47,570 nt of DNA, from assembly GCA_016463105.1 (NCBI GenBank), contig JAEMRY010000001.1, positions 1-47,570 on the forward strand, read 5' to 3'. This document shows, one piece after another, positions 10,101 to 20,022 of the stretch. How positions within the stretch are numbered: the first letter of the stretch is position 1; the number at the start of each line of letters is the position of its first letter. A program made the position numbers and the translations under genes. The notes below the pieces were generated by a model. That model was not told the DNA's origin and did no database searches. It worked only from the letters and a program-made list of their open reading frames with translations. Origin of the DNA: Ilumatobacteraceae bacterium. Its GTDB lineage: Bacteria; Actinomycetota; Acidimicrobiia; Acidimicrobiales; Ilumatobacteraceae.

Positions 10101-10470
10101 TCGCCAAAGCATTTGCACCAATTAATTCTGGGGTTCCTGGCACGCCAACTTTGCCACGTTCGAATAATGCCATCGCCAAATTAAGCGCCGTTTGCCCACC
10201 AAGCGTCGCCAACACGGCATCTGGGCGTTCACGTTCGATAATTTGCAGAATGAACTCGGGCGTAAGTGGCTCGATATAAGTGCGATCTGCAAAATCAGGA
10301 TCAGTCATGATCGTTGCCGGATTTGAGTTGGCAAGAATTACTCGGTAACCCTCTTGACGCAACACGCGACACGCCTGCGTGCCCGAATAATCAAACTCGC
10401 AGGCCTGACCAATCACGATTGGTCCTGAACCCAAAACGAGAATCGACTTGATGTCGTTGCGTCGTGGCAT
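7174..10470 (-). CDS. carB: Carbamoyl-phosphate synthase large subunit
   Basis: 1098 aa with a duplicated ATP-grasp architecture. N-terminus [33 protein letters not shown]. Confidence 0.98.
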   Translation of the reverse strand: MPRRNDIKSILVLGSGPIVIGQACEFDYSGTQACRVLRQEGYRVILANSNPATIMTDPDFADRTYIEPLTPEFILQIIERERPDAVLATLGGQTALNLAMALFERGKVGVPGTPELIGANALAIATAEDRGKFKDAMIEIGLNVPRSGIAHTAKQADLVLAEIGLPVIIRPAYILGGRGTGIANTPQEFATVVANGLAASPISEILIETSIVGWKEYELEVMRDRNDNCVVICSIENIDAMGVHTGDSMTVAPIMTLSDVEYQKMRDAAFACIRRVGVETGGSNVQFAVNPINGEQVVIEMNPRVSRSSALASKATGFPIAKIAAKLAVGYTLDEISNDITKKTPASFEPTIDYVVTKIPRWAFEKFPGTSGVLGTQMQSVGEAMAIGRTFSESLQKALRSLEIGRFGLNCDPGEEIFAGVSDQELLAKISVPTPERIFEIGECLYRKMTIEVVAQSCKFDPWFLDQMMMIVEEREYLETQTVEDLSVSDWKRVKRLGFSDAQLGWLWKCSEHDVRATRLSRGVRPVYKAVDTCSAEFAAQTPYHYSTYEDETEIKSSDRKSVIILGSGPNRIGQGIEFDYCCVHASFALRDAGYETIMLNCNPETVSTDYDTSDKLYFEPLTYEDVMNVIEAEQDATGVEPRIIVSLGGQTPLKLASQLPSDLIVGTTSESIDIAEDREKWSALCESLNILQPPGGTARDVEQSVEIANKIGYPVLVRPSYVLGGRAMQIVHDETRLRGAMAEMSQAGSLGREGGLSAQRPVLIDRFLEDATEVDVDAIRDASGEVLIGGVMEHVEQAGVHSGDSACTIPPATLSAEIVSIIENTVKKISEALKVVGLVNVQFAIADETVYVIEANPRASRTVPFVAKATGVPLAKIASRVMLGASLAELRTEGLLRKPAGTSHVSVKEAVLPFNRFADVDTALGPEMRSTGEVMGIDDSFARAFAKAQFAAGTTLPESGLVFVSFNDRDKAGGVEVVKGLSSLGLEIVATVGTADFLTAHGCNVSRIVGKFSERKSGTDVRDDAVKLIESGEIALVINTPRGYGTRSDGEAIRKAANTYRVSVVTTLSAATAAVQGMIEQRNRPFTVMSLQEFHAR

Positions 10471-11588
10471 TATTTTTTGTCCATCATCGCTATAAAATCT
10501 GCAAACAAATAACGACTGTCATGTGGACCAGGCCCGGCTTCAGGGTGATACTGCACGCTAAACGCATTGGCTCCGAGCACTCGAAGGCCTTCATTGGTGT
10601 TGTCGTTTAAATTTATGTGTGTGACTTCGGCTTTTGTCGCCAACGAATCTGCGTCCACGCAAAAATTGTGATTTTGACTTGTTATCTCGACTGACCCTGT
10701 AGCGATATTGCGCACCGGATGATTTGCCCCGTGATGACCGAACGGCAATTTGTAGGTCTTTGCGCCTAATGCAAGTGCCAGCAATTGATGACCAAGACAA
10801 ATTCCAAATAGTGGCACCCCAGTGCCAAGCAACTCACGAATCGTTGCTGGTGCGCCGTGCACCATCTCGGGATCGCCAGGACCATTCGAGAGAAAGATTC
10901 CGTTTGGCGACAACGCCATTACTTCTGCAGCCGTAGTTGTCGCTGGCACGACATGCACAGTTGCAAATTCAGCAAGGCAATTCAACATCGTTGTCTTAAT
11001 TCCAAAGTCATACGCCACGACAGTGAACTTGCCGTTGCCATGAATATAACTTTTCGTTGTCGTAACTTGGGCGATTAAGTTTTTTCCGGCTGTGCCCTTT
11101 TCGGTGTTCGCGGCTTTTATCAATTCATCTTGACTGGCCGTGCCAAATGCGCCTGGCATCGAACCTAAATCTCGCAAAACGCGTGTCAATCTTCGAGTAT
11201 CAATGCCGGCGATACCTGCTAGATCATTCTGTTTAAGAAATGAATCTAACGAGTCGTCACTGCGCCAGTTGCTTCGTCGGCGTGCAAGTTCGCGAACAAT
11301 CACTCCTCGTGCAAAAACTTTTGATGACTCATTATCAAATTGAGTTGTTCCATAATTTCCGATATGCGGCGTTGTGAAAGTAATAATTTGTCCGGCATAC
11401 GACGGATCAGTAAGAATTTCTTGATACCCAGACAAGCCAGTATGAAATACAATTTCGCCTCGCGCAATTATCGGCGCTGAGATATGCGACGAACCAGCGC
11501 CGATCGCCTCACCTTCAAAAATCGAGCCATCTTTTAAGACAAGAGCCGCCGGACGGATAAGCCGACTACTTCGAATAGGGCTTGTCAT
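10470..11588 (-). CDS. carA: Carbamoyl-phosphate synthase small (glutaminase) subunit
   Basis: 372 aa. Motifs GICLGHQLL and [11 protein letters not shown] are the class-I amidotransferase triad. Confidence 0.97.
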   Translation of the reverse strand: MTSPIRSSRLIRPAALVLKDGSIFEGEAIGAGSSHISAPIIARGEIVFHTGLSGYQEILTDPSYAGQIITFTTPHIGNYGTTQFDNESSKVFARGVIVRELARRRSNWRSDDSLDSFLKQNDLAGIAGIDTRRLTRVLRDLGSMPGAFGTASQDELIKAANTEKGTAGKNLIAQVTTTKSYIHGNGKFTVVAYDFGIKTTMLNCLAEFATVHVVPATTTAAEVMALSPNGIFLSNGPGDPEMVHGAPATIRELLGTGVPLFGICLGHQLLALALGAKTYKLPFGHHGANHPVRNIATGSVEITSQNHNFCVDADSLATKAEVTHINLNDNTNEGLRVLGANAFSVQYHPEAGPGPHDSRYLFADFIAMMDKK

Positions 11589-12865
11589 TTTTGCGCTTGA
11601 CCATCAATCACAGTTGGAGTTCCTTTAAATATGGTGTGACGTACTCTGCCACGAAGTGTCCGCCCAACATAGGGGGTATTTATGCTCTTGCTGGCAAGCC
11701 TTTCAATATCAACGCTCCACGCTAGATCTGGATCAAAAACACAAATATTTGCACTCTCCCCAACTGCTATGGGCCGACCATGATCGGCATCAATTTTGGC
11801 GATGCGCGCTGGGTTCCAACTGAGCAATGAAACCACGTCTTTGATTTCTAAGTCGCCATATGCCATGACAACTCCGAGCGCTGTTTCTAATCCGAGCATT
11901 CCTGGTGGCGCCATGTCAAGAGACATTTCTTTATCGCGTCTCGGATGAGGGGCGTGATCAGTGGCAATTGCATCAATCGTTCCATCTAGCAAACCAACTT
12001 TAAGTGCGCGAATATCTTCAGCAGATCGAAGTGGTGGATTGACTTTGTAAACAGAGTCATACGAACTTAAAAGCTCTTGCGTCAATGACAAATGATGTGG
12101 TGTTACTTCGGCCGTGATCGACAGGCCATCACGCTTCGCGGCGCGAACTAGTTCGACACTTCTCGCTGTTGAGAGATGAAGAAAATGCATCGACGCACCA
12201 GTAATTCTCACTAGTTCAATATCTCGAAACACCATTAACTCTTCGGCGATTGACGGCCAACCAGGCAACCCGAGGTCTGTGCAACATTGACACTCATTCA
12301 TCACGGCACCTTTTGTAAGTTCAGCGACTTCGCAATGTTGTGCGAGTGTGACGCCGAGACCTTTGGCGTACTCAAGTGCTCGTCGCATCAATGACGCATC
12401 TTGAACACCAACACCATCATCAGTGAATAAAGTGACACCAGCTTGTGCAAGTTCTGCCATCGGCGCAAGTGTTTCTCCGAGACGTCCAAGCGTGATGCAA
12501 CCACTCGGCACTACATCTACAAGACCTGCGCGCTTGCCTTGCTCGCGAACAAAATCAATTACTGCAATTGAATCTTGTGGCGGATCAGTGTTTGGCATCG
12601 CAACAAGCGCGGTGTAACCCCCCAAGGCTCCGGCACGACTGCCGGTTTCAATTGTCTCTGCTTCTTCTTTGCCCGGCTCACGCAGATGGGCGTGAAGATC
12701 AATGAAACCACTTGAGACAATGCAACCGCTCGCATCTAGTTGCACATCTGCACTTAGATTTGCGCCAACTTCGACAACTTTGCCGTTTTCAATTCGCACA
12801 TCGACACGAGATTGCCCGTCAGGGTTGACTATCGTGCCACCCTTGATCACAACTGATTTGCTCAT
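11585..12865 (-). CDS. pyrC: Dihydroorotase
   Basis: 426 aa. [10 protein letters not shown] metal-binding motif. ATGA overlaps on both sides. Confidence 0.95.
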   Translation of the reverse strand: MSKSVVIKGGTIVNPDGQSRVDVRIENGKVVEVGANLSADVQLDASGCIVSSGFIDLHAHLREPGKEEAETIETGSRAGALGGYTALVAMPNTDPPQDSIAVIDFVREQGKRAGLVDVVPSGCITLGRLGETLAPMAELAQAGVTLFTDDGVGVQDASLMRRALEYAKGLGVTLAQHCEVAELTKGAVMNECQCCTDLGLPGWPSIAEELMVFRDIELVRITGASMHFLHLSTARSVELVRAAKRDGLSITAEVTPHHLSLTQELLSSYDSVYKVNPPLRSAEDIRALKVGLLDGTIDAIATDHAPHPRRDKEMSLDMAPPGMLGLETALGVVMAYGDLEIKDVVSLLSWNPARIAKIDADHGRPIAVGESANICVFDPDLAWSVDIERLASKSINTPYVGRTLRGRVRHTIFKGTPTVIDGQAQK

Positions 12866-13797
12866 GCTTGGCCTCCGAGACTTGAACCGGTTCCCAGAAG
12901 TTCGAACAGCACCGCCATTCGCACTGAGACGCCATTTGCAACTTGTCGATGAATCAATGAATTCTTGACGTCTGATGGATCAATTTGCATTTCGACTCCG
13001 CGATTCATTGGCCCTGGGTGCATAACAATCGCCGAGTCTTTTAACCTTGATACCCGTTTCTGAGTTAACCCGTATTGCTCTGAGTATTCGCGCAAGGTTG
13101 GCACATGACCCTGCGACATTCTTTCACTTTGCAAGCGCAACATATATAGAACATCGCTGCTTGGAATCACGTCATCTAAATGATGATTTATTTGCACGGG
13201 CCAATGCGAAATATCTGGCGGCAACAAAGTCGGTGGCGCAACGAGCGTGACTTTTGCTCCGAGCATTGAGAAGGCTTGAATATTGCTACGTGCAACTCGA
13301 GAATGTTTGATGTCGCCAACGATTGTTATTTGCATACCGTCGAAGCGTTGTGTGTGCGTTGCTTCGCGAATTGTGTAGCAGTCAACTAAGGCTTGAGTCG
13401 GGTGCTGGTGCGCTCCGTCTCCTGCATTAATAATTGATGCCTTAGTCCACTGGCTGATCTGCCACGGAATACCCACAGACTTGTGTCGCACAACAAAAGC
13501 ATCCACACCCATATCGGTGATTGTCGCCACAGTGTCACGCAACGACTCACCTTTATTCACACTTGATGTAGAAACATTGAACGTCATCGTGTCGGCAGAA
13601 AGACGTTTGGCTGCCGTTTCAAAACTCAACCGAGTGCGTGTTGAATCTTCAAAAAACAAACTCGCCACAGTGCGACCACGCAATGCAGGCACTTTCGGCA
13701 CAGGTCGCTGATTTATTTCTGCCATGTGATCTGTAAGTTGCAATAATGCAACCAAACCATCTACCCCAAGTTCGTCAATGCTGCGAAGGTGCTTCAT
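12862..13797 (-). CDS. pyrB: Aspartate carbamoyltransferase catalytic subunit
   Basis: 311 aa. Motifs EDSTRTRLSFE, HQHPTQAL and HPGP. Confidence 0.96.
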   Translation of the reverse strand: MKHLRSIDELGVDGLVALLQLTDHMAEINQRPVPKVPALRGRTVASLFFEDSTRTRLSFETAAKRLSADTMTFNVSTSSVNKGESLRDTVATITDMGVDAFVVRHKSVGIPWQISQWTKASIINAGDGAHQHPTQALVDCYTIREATHTQRFDGMQITIVGDIKHSRVARSNIQAFSMLGAKVTLVAPPTLLPPDISHWPVQINHHLDDVIPSSDVLYMLRLQSERMSQGHVPTLREYSEQYGLTQKRVSRLKDSAIVMHPGPMNRGVEMQIDPSDVKNSLIHRQVANGVSVRMAVLFELLGTGSSLGGQA

Positions 13798-14345
13798 CGC
13801 GCATCCACAATCGCGACCGAGATGACTACTCCATCGCTAGTCGCCGAGACTTCGTCGTCTTGTTGCGTGGGTAAATTTTTTCCGACGAAGTCTGGACGAA
13901 TCGGCAACTCGCGATGACCGCGATCTACTAGCACTGCAAGTTGCACCGAGCGTGGTCGGCCATAATTATTGAGTCCTTCCATCGCTGCTCGCACAGTACG
14001 ACCAGTAAACAAAACATCATCCACAAGCACGACTGTTGCCCCAGTCAGATCAAACGGAATATTGCTGATTGCTCCAAGTGATACTGGTCGAATACCGATG
14101 TCGTCTCGATGCAGGCTTACATCTAGTGCACCAACTGGCACAGTCACAGAAGTTTCTATTTCATTTATTTGTTTGGTAATCGCCTCAGCGATCCAAGTTC
14201 CGCCTCGTTGCAGACCAACAATTGCTAAACCGTCAACACCATGGTTGCGCTCTACAATTTCGTGAGCAATGCGCACAATTGCGCGACGAACATCGGTCGC
14301 ACTCATCACCTCTCGTGGTGCGTTCGTGCCGGTACTCGATGCCAT
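13794..14345 (-). CDS. pyrR: Bifunctional pyrimidine operon regulator / uracil phosphoribosyltransferase PyrR
   Basis: 183 aa. PRPP-binding motif VVLVDDVLFTGRTVRAA. First gene of the coupled pyrR-pyrB-pyrC-carA-carB-pyrD string. Confidence 0.95.
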   Translation of the reverse strand: MASSTGTNAPREVMSATDVRRAIVRIAHEIVERNHGVDGLAIVGLQRGGTWIAEAITKQINEIETSVTVPVGALDVSLHRDDIGIRPVSLGAISNIPFDLTGATVVLVDDVLFTGRTVRAAMEGLNNYGRPRSVQLAVLVDRGHRELPIRPDFVGKNLPTQQDDEVSATSDGVVISVAIVDAR

Positions 14346-14348
14346 TAA

Positions 14349-14380
14349 GACTCCTCCGTCCGAGCCTCACAGGACTCAAT
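14349..14380 (-). promoter_or_regulatory. PyrR-binding RNA motif adjacent to the pyrR ribosome-binding site
   Basis: The leader RNA contains AGUCCUGUGAGGCU (14363..14376), which matches 12/14 positions of the consensus ARUCCAGAGAGGYU. It lies 5 nt upstream of SD GGAGGAG (14351..14357). GAGUCC (14372..14377) can pair with GGAGUC (14349..14354), which overlaps the SD. Confidence 0.6.
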
Positions 14381-14415
14381 TTACGGTTGATAAAAACTGC
14401 TTTTAATTCGTGATC

Positions 14416-14424
14416 AATATAGCA
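14416..14424 (-). promoter_or_regulatory. Possible extended -10 promoter element of the pyr operon
   Basis: Minus strand TGCTATATT (TGn + TATATT) lies about 70 nt upstream of the pyrR ATG, inside the 102-nt spacer. No convincing -35. Confidence 0.35.
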
Positions 14425-14447
14425 CCGCACGCAGTTGGTAGTTGCCT

Positions 14448-15860
14448 CTAACCGGAGCGTTGATAAACGACCCACCAAGAATTGGCGTATGAGACCGTGA
14501 ATTGGTTCGAAACCTCAGACCATGTTTTGGTCATTTCTTCATCCATAGATGTGGGCAGAACCACGAAGGTAATCTCGTTGGCAAATGGCAAGACATCACC
14601 TTCGGCAAAGACATCAACGCCATAAAGTGCGCGCCGAAATGGCACTGGAAACACATAAATCCGTTGACGACGGGCTAATTGTGCCGTCAGTGGATGATAA
14701 GCGCTTACCACAGCATCTGCAGGAATCTTGCTCAGAGCCTCACGGGCCGCAACAACCATCGGATGGTTCGCCCCGTTATACGAAATTCTGGTTCGCGCAC
14801 CAGGCAGTGGTGACCAAACATAAGCAGAAAACAGTGTGCACACAGCACACAATGCAACCAAAATGCGACGCCATTTGATTTGCAATTTTGCGATTGCGAA
14901 CACTGTCCCCATCACCAGAACCGGAACTACTACAAACGAATAGTGATATTCGATGTGGTATTGATACCAAAATGAGCTGAAAATATTCGTGAAGATCACT
15001 AGTCCGGCAATTGCAGCCACTTCAGGAAAAAATACAAACGCCATCGCCACTGGCACAAATAGTTGCAATAAATAATACGGTCGCGAATCGCTCCATAAAT
15101 AACTGAGCATCGCTAACGGGTCTGTGAACACAGTTCGAACAACCCCCGAAACGCCCCCAAACGGAATCCGCCATGTATTTCTGAATGTGACTCCATTTAT
15201 CCCACGCTGAATTCCGAACACTGCAATTAGCGCATACCAAAAAGAAACCAAAACTGTCAATAAGCCAAATCTGCGGTGCTGGCGCAATGCAACCCACAAG
15301 CCGAGTGGCACAAGAATTAAAGCAACGTCTTCTTTCACCGTTAAGGCAAGCGCAACAGAAATAAAATACATTCGCCATTTTTTTTCAAGTGCCCCATACA
15401 TTGCCGTCGAGATGAATAGACCCAAAAATGCATCGGGATGGAAGTTCTCTAAGGCAATCCATACTGTTGCAGGATGCATCAGGTAGGCAGCCACAAAAAC
15501 TGTCGCCATTGCTTCGCTCTCAAGACGCTTACGCGAATACAAAAACACTGGCACCGCACCTGCAACAATGACAAGTGATTGAACAACAAATAATGTTGCA
15601 GTGCCATTAAAAACCCAATACAACGGAACAAGAAAAATCAAAATAAAGCTTGTGTGATCACCAAAAAGATTGCGACCCATCAGAGTCACAAATGGATTAT
15701 GAAATCTCGAGAGAAGCCAAATGCCCTGGTCATACAAACCAAAGTCATATGCAGATGTCGCCATACTGCGATGCACTTCTACGCTCAATGCCGCGATATA
15801 TAAACCGCCGAGTCCGATCAATGAAGCGGATACAACTTGCCACAAAGTGACCTGCAGCAA
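14448..15860 (-). CDS. Polytopic membrane protein, DUF2079 family (GT-C-like predicted glycosyltransferase fold)
   Basis: 470 aa with many TM helices. AYDFGLYDQGIWLL and LFGDHTSFILIFLVPLYW are typical of DUF2079. The last 120 aa or so are non-membrane. The TTG start at 15860 is uncertain. Confidence 0.7.
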   Translation of the reverse strand: MLQVTLWQVVSASLIGLGGLYIAALSVEVHRSMATSAYDFGLYDQGIWLLSRFHNPFVTLMGRNLFGDHTSFILIFLVPLYWVFNGTATLFVVQSLVIVAGAVPVFLYSRKRLESEAMATVFVAAYLMHPATVWIALENFHPDAFLGLFISTAMYGALEKKWRMYFISVALALTVKEDVALILVPLGLWVALRQHRRFGLLTVLVSFWYALIAVFGIQRGINGVTFRNTWRIPFGGVSGVVRTVFTDPLAMLSYLWSDSRPYYLLQLFVPVAMAFVFFPEVAAIAGLVIFTNIFSSFWYQYHIEYHYSFVVVPVLVMGTVFAIAKLQIKWRRILVALCAVCTLFSAYVWSPLPGARTRISYNGANHPMVVAAREALSKIPADAVVSAYHPLTAQLARRQRIYVFPVPFRRALYGVDVFAEGDVLPFANEITFVVLPTSMDEEMTKTWSEVSNQFTVSYANSWWVVYQRSG

Positions 15861-15894
15861 GCGACTTCGAAGATTAAACCAAAATCGATTCGTA

Positions 15895-16323
15895 TTAAAC
15901 GCCTTTCGTTCGCACCTTCTTGGCGATCGCCGATAACAAACCGTTTACATAACGACCAGACTCTTCTGTCGAAAATCGCTTGGCAAGTTCTACTGCCTCG
16001 TTGATTATCACCGCAACAGGCACATCTTGACGATCCAGCAGTTCATAAATTGCAAGTCGCAAAACGTTGCGGTCAATTGCGGGCATCCGCTGAATTGTCC
16101 AGGTATGTGAATATTCAACAATCATCTCATCAATTTCTATTTGACGAGTTGCTACCCCGGTTGTTAGTTGCAAAACCAAATCATCAACCACGAGCACTTG
16201 CCCAGAAACTATTTGCGCAACGGGCAAACTACGAGACTCAGCTTCATACAAGAAATGCACGGCGCGCTCACGTGCGGTACTGCGAACGTCATCGCCTACT
16301 TTTGAGTTGCGCGTTGTTGACAT
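15895..16323 (-). CDS. nusB: Transcription antitermination factor NusB
   Basis: About 142 aa. RERAVHFLYEAE...NEAVELAKRF...VNGLL is NusB-like. ATG 16323 overlaps the efp TGA by 1 nt; the track's TTG at 16326 is less likely. Confidence 0.9.
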   Translation of the reverse strand: MSTTRNSKVGDDVRSTARERAVHFLYEAESRSLPVAQIVSGQVLVVDDLVLQLTTGVATRQIEIDEMIVEYSHTWTIQRMPAIDRNVLRLAIYELLDRQDVPVAVIINEAVELAKRFSTEESGRYVNGLLSAIAKKVRTKGV

Positions 16324-16886
16324 CAAACTCTCGTTATATATTCGCCTGAACGAGTATCGACTTTTACTCTGTCGCCAATATTGACGAACAGCGGCACCTG
16401 AATTACCTTGCCTGTTTGTAGTGTCGCAGATTTGCGCCCACCAGAAACTCTGTCGCCTTGCAGACCCGGCTCAGTATTGGCGATATCAAGTTCAACAGTT
16501 ACTGCGATTTCGACGCTCACGATTTCTCCATCGTGAGTCGCAATAATTGCGATTCCATTTTCGACAAGATAGTCGGCAACTTCGCCGAGCGCAGTTGGGC
16601 TGACAGTGATCTGATCAAAAGTTGCCGTATCCATAAACACGAAGTCGTCTCCGTCTTTATATAGAAACTGCATATCGTTTTTATCGAGAATGGCTTGCTC
16701 AACGCGGATGCCAGCATTGAAAGTTTTTTCTAAAACGTTTCCAGATCGCAAGTTGCGAAGCTTGGTACGCACGAACGCGCCACCTTTGCCAGGCTTGACG
16801 TGTTGAAAATCGATCACCGTAAACAGATTGTTGTCAATCTGAAGAGTGATTCCGTTCTTTAGGTCGTTAGTTGTAATTGCAGGCAC
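16323..16886 (-). CDS. efp: Elongation factor P
   Basis: 187 aa. TTNDLKNG...FQHVKPGKGGAFVRTKLRNL. GTG start preceded by GAAGGA at 6 nt, which lies inside the 3' end of pepQ. Confidence 0.96.
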   Translation of the reverse strand: MPAITTNDLKNGITLQIDNNLFTVIDFQHVKPGKGGAFVRTKLRNLRSGNVLEKTFNAGIRVEQAILDKNDMQFLYKDGDDFVFMDTATFDQITVSPTALGEVADYLVENGIAIIATHDGEIVSVEIAVTVELDIANTEPGLQGDRVSGGRKSATLQTGKVIQVPLFVNIGDRVKVDTRSGEYITRV

Positions 16887-17992
16887 TGGCGATCCTTCTT
16901 GCTGTGAGTGAGAACTCGGCAGCCGTCTTGCGTGACGACAACAAGGTCTTCAATTCGCACCCCACCGAGCCCTTCACGATAGACGCCAGGCTCGACAGTT
17001 ACTACCTCTCCAACTTCGAGAGGTTCAGCAAACCCGTTTCGCACCCAAGGCATCTCGTGAATCTGCAAGCCGACACCATGTCCTGTGCTGTGACTAAATT
17101 CGTTGCCATAACCAGCCTTGACGATGAAATCTCGACATATCTGATCTACATCTTGTGCAAGCACACCTGCACGAACATGGTCTAAGCCCAATAGTTGTGA
17201 GGCACTAACTATTTCGTGCATTTCACTCAACACAAGATCAACATCACCGATCAAATATGTTCGTGTCATATCTGAGTGATAGCCATCGACTAATCCACCA
17301 ACATCAATGACAACGCTGTCACCCTCGATGATTTTGCGGCTCACCGGACGATGGTGGGGTCGTGCCGCGTTCGGGCCACTCGCCACAATCGTGTCATAAC
17401 TTGTGAACTCAGCACCATGACGGCGCATGCGATAGTCAAGTTCGTCGCGAATATCGCGTTCAGTAAGACCCGCAACAAGCATCGGCACTACTTCGCTCAG
17501 TGCCGAGTCGGTGGCGCGCGCGGCTAACTCCATTCGCTGAATCTCTGGTTCTGTTTTTCTTCGACGCAAATGCGGGACGACTGCAGAAACTTTGACTAGC
17601 TCCGAGATGATCTGAGTTGACATTGATTCGTGAGCAGTCACAGTCATTTCTGCAGGATCAAAGCCAACAGATTTTAAATCTTTTGTCGTACGCGACATTG
17701 CATCACGCAACTCAATTGCGCTGCGGCCTTCAATCACGAGACATTGAGCCTGCGCGTTCTTTGTCTGTTCACGAGATTGATCTCCATATCGACCGTCAAC
17801 TATCAACACCATGTCATCGGGTCGAACGATTAGCGTGCCGGCAGAGCCAGTAAAACCTGTTAACCACCGAATGTTGTTTAAATCTGTCACCAAGAGCGCG
17901 TTAACTTTTTTATTTGTTGTTTGCTCTAGACGTTGCCGAACCAGCACATCTCGACTGGCAACACTGAGTGGCAACATTTGATTCGTAGTCAT
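16859..17992 (-). CDS. pepQ: Xaa-Pro aminopeptidase/dipeptidase (M24B)
   Basis: 377 aa. Metal-ligand motifs HSTGHGVGLQIHE and VEPGVY..RIED. The 3' end overlaps efp by 28 nt. Confidence 0.9.
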   Translation of the reverse strand: MTTNQMLPLSVASRDVLVRQRLEQTTNKKVNALLVTDLNNIRWLTGFTGSAGTLIVRPDDMVLIVDGRYGDQSREQTKNAQAQCLVIEGRSAIELRDAMSRTTKDLKSVGFDPAEMTVTAHESMSTQIISELVKVSAVVPHLRRRKTEPEIQRMELAARATDSALSEVVPMLVAGLTERDIRDELDYRMRRHGAEFTSYDTIVASGPNAARPHHRPVSRKIIEGDSVVIDVGGLVDGYHSDMTRTYLIGDVDLVLSEMHEIVSASQLLGLDHVRAGVLAQDVDQICRDFIVKAGYGNEFSHSTGHGVGLQIHEMPWVRNGFAEPLEVGEVVTVEPGVYREGLGGVRIEDLVVVTQDGCRVLTHSKKDRQCLQLQLTT

Positions 17993-17997
17993 CGCAA

Positions 17998-18456
17998 CTA
18001 TTTTTTCTCTGCGAGCAAAGTTGAAACTGCGTTGAGCGCAAAGGTGTAACCGTTGGCACCGAAACCTGCAATCGTGCCCGACGCAACCGATGCCACGACA
18101 CTCTCATGACGCCATGTTTCTCTCGTGGCTGGATTTGATAAATGAACTTCGACTATCGGGCCAGAGAACGTTGCGAGCGCATCATTCAAACTCCACGCAA
18201 AATGAGTAAGAGCGCCAGGGTTGATGATGATCGCCGCACAACGAGAGCGTGCACCATGAATCGCAGTTACAAGTTCTCCAGCACTCTGGGCAACAAGCGA
18301 TTCAACTTCTAAGCCAAGTTTTGCTGCCGTTTCTTTTGCTCGACTCATATGGTCGGCAAGACTCGCCTTGCCATAAATCTCTGGCTGGCGCTGACCAAGC
18401 AAATTTAGATTAGGTCCATTGAGAATTAAAACAATTGGAAGAGTTGATTTGGCCAT
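17998..18456 (-). CDS. aroQ: 3-dehydroquinate dehydratase, type II
   Basis: 152 aa. Motifs LNGPNLNLLGQRQPEIYG and VHLSN. Confidence 0.95.
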   Translation of the reverse strand: MAKSTLPIVLILNGPNLNLLGQRQPEIYGKASLADHMSRAKETAAKLGLEVESLVAQSAGELVTAIHGARSRCAAIIINPGALTHFAWSLNDALATFSGPIVEVHLSNPATRETWRHESVVASVASGTIAGFGANGYTFALNAVSTLLAEKK

Positions 18457-18461
18457 GTCAA

Positions 18462-19478
18462 TCAGAGTAGTTGCATTGCATCAAAAGATTCGTTTAGATA
18501 TTTTTCGCTAATACCACTAACTATTTCAATGCCATTTTTGCTATCTAAGACGAACGTCAAGCCGTCTATCGCCTTCTTGTCGAGACGCATCAAATCGATC
18601 AATTGATTGCGTTTCATTGTGTTTGGTATCGACACCGAGAGACCGTAAACATCTCGAATCACTTTGTAGTGATAAGCCAAACGAAGATCATCAATGCGGT
18701 TCATGACATGGGCTAAATGCGCCGCGAAGATCATGCCAATTGCGACTGCCTCGCCATGCGCAAGAGCGAAACCGCTAGACCGCTCAAGGGCGTGCGCCAA
18801 AGTATGACCGTAATTCAGCACGGCACGACCACCTTGTTCACGCTCGTCATCCGAAACAATTTTGGCTTTAATTTCAACACAGCGGGCGATTCGAGACGTC
18901 ATCTCGAGAGATAGCAAATCATCACCTGATAAAAAATGATATTTTGCAACTTCACCAAGACCACATCGTGTTTCACGCTCAGGTAAAGACTTAAGTGCAT
19001 CAACATCGCAGACCACCGCACTCGGCTGCCAAAATGCTCCTACTAAATTTTTGCCCTGTTCTAAGTTCACACCGGTTTTGCCACCAATTGCAGCGTCAAC
19101 CATGCCGACAAGTGTTGTTGGCAGGTGAACTACCGCAGTTCCACGATGCCAACTTGCAGCCGCAAAGCCAGCGACATCTGTAACCATGCCACCACCAATA
19201 CTTATTACGACATCAGAACGTGTCAAACCAAACTTTGCGAACTGTTGCGAGATTGTCTCAATTGTTTGCAATGTCTTGTATTGCTCACCGTTGCCAATAA
19301 ATATTTTCGTATTTGGCAGAGAAAGTTTCACTTCAAACGGAATATTTTGCTGAGTAATGATCACGGCACGCTTAGCGGTCTTTGGCAACAAACTTTCAAG
19401 TTCAGTACTTGCTCCACTGCCAACGATTACTGGATACGACCTGTCGCCGAGTGCGACGATCACTTTATGATTTGTCAT
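18462..19478 (-). CDS. aroB: 3-dehydroquinate synthase
   Basis: 338 aa. Motifs GGGMVTDVAGFAAA and GHTLAHALE. Confidence 0.94.
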   Translation of the reverse strand: MTNHKVIVALGDRSYPVIVGSGASTELESLLPKTAKRAVIITQQNIPFEVKLSLPNTKIFIGNGEQYKTLQTIETISQQFAKFGLTRSDVVISIGGGMVTDVAGFAAASWHRGTAVVHLPTTLVGMVDAAIGGKTGVNLEQGKNLVGAFWQPSAVVCDVDALKSLPERETRCGLGEVAKYHFLSGDDLLSLEMTSRIARCVEIKAKIVSDDEREQGGRAVLNYGHTLAHALERSSGFALAHGEAVAIGMIFAAHLAHVMNRIDDLRLAYHYKVIRDVYGLSVSIPNTMKRNQLIDLMRLDKKAIDGLTFVLDSKNGIEIVSGISEKYLNESFDAMQLL

Positions 19479-20020
19479 TTTTTTGTAGCCTCGTCCACAT
19501 CATAAAGCTGGCATTCAGAAATTATTTGATCAACAACTGCTTTCACTGATAGCGATTGTGTCACAAGATGATGCGTGGCTAATTGCTGATACAACGGCTC
19601 ACGATCTTGCCGCATCTTATTGAGTGAGCCCACTGGATCACCATCTAAAAGTGGTCGATGCTTTCCACGCCCCGTGCGCAAAACCAGAGTCGGCGTTGGT
19701 GCGTCTAACCAAACGATGCACTGAGCACTTTTTCTTAGTAGCTCACGATTGTCTTCTGCGACTATTGCCCCACCAGCCACAGCCAGAACCACAGCAGAAC
19801 TTCGGCCACAGATATCGGCAAGTGCTTGTGATTCAAGTTTTCTAAATACGGCTTCACCCTGATTGGCAAAAATCTCGCGCACAGAAGACTTGGCTGTTTT
19901 TTCAACTGCATCATCACTATCTTGAAAATCTAAATTGAGTTTCTTTGCAAGTGCCTTTCCGACAGTAGTTTTGCCAGAGCCCATCAAACCGATAAGTACG
20001 ATCATCACGGTTTTCGCCAA
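19475..20020 (-). CDS. aroK: Shikimate kinase
   Basis: P-loop GLMGSGKTTVGK. The track start is TTG 20020; GTG 20008 or ATG 20005 are alternative starts. Confidence 0.92.
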   Translation of the reverse strand: MAKTVMIVLIGLMGSGKTTVGKALAKKLNLDFQDSDDAVEKTAKSSVREIFANQGEAVFRKLESQALADICGRSSAVVLAVAGGAIVAEDNRELLRKSAQCIVWLDAPTPTLVLRTGRGKHRPLLDGDPVGSLNKMRQDREPLYQQLATHHLVTQSLSVKAVVDQIISECQLYDVDEATKK

Positions 20021-20022
20021 GT

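Noticed and set aside
15378-15385. A8 homopolymer (T8 on the plus strand) inside the DUF2079 gene as a possible phase-variation tract
   Set aside because: Tracts of 7-8 nt also occur in aroC, pdxS and pimA. The length is marginal for slippage, and I have no population evidence.
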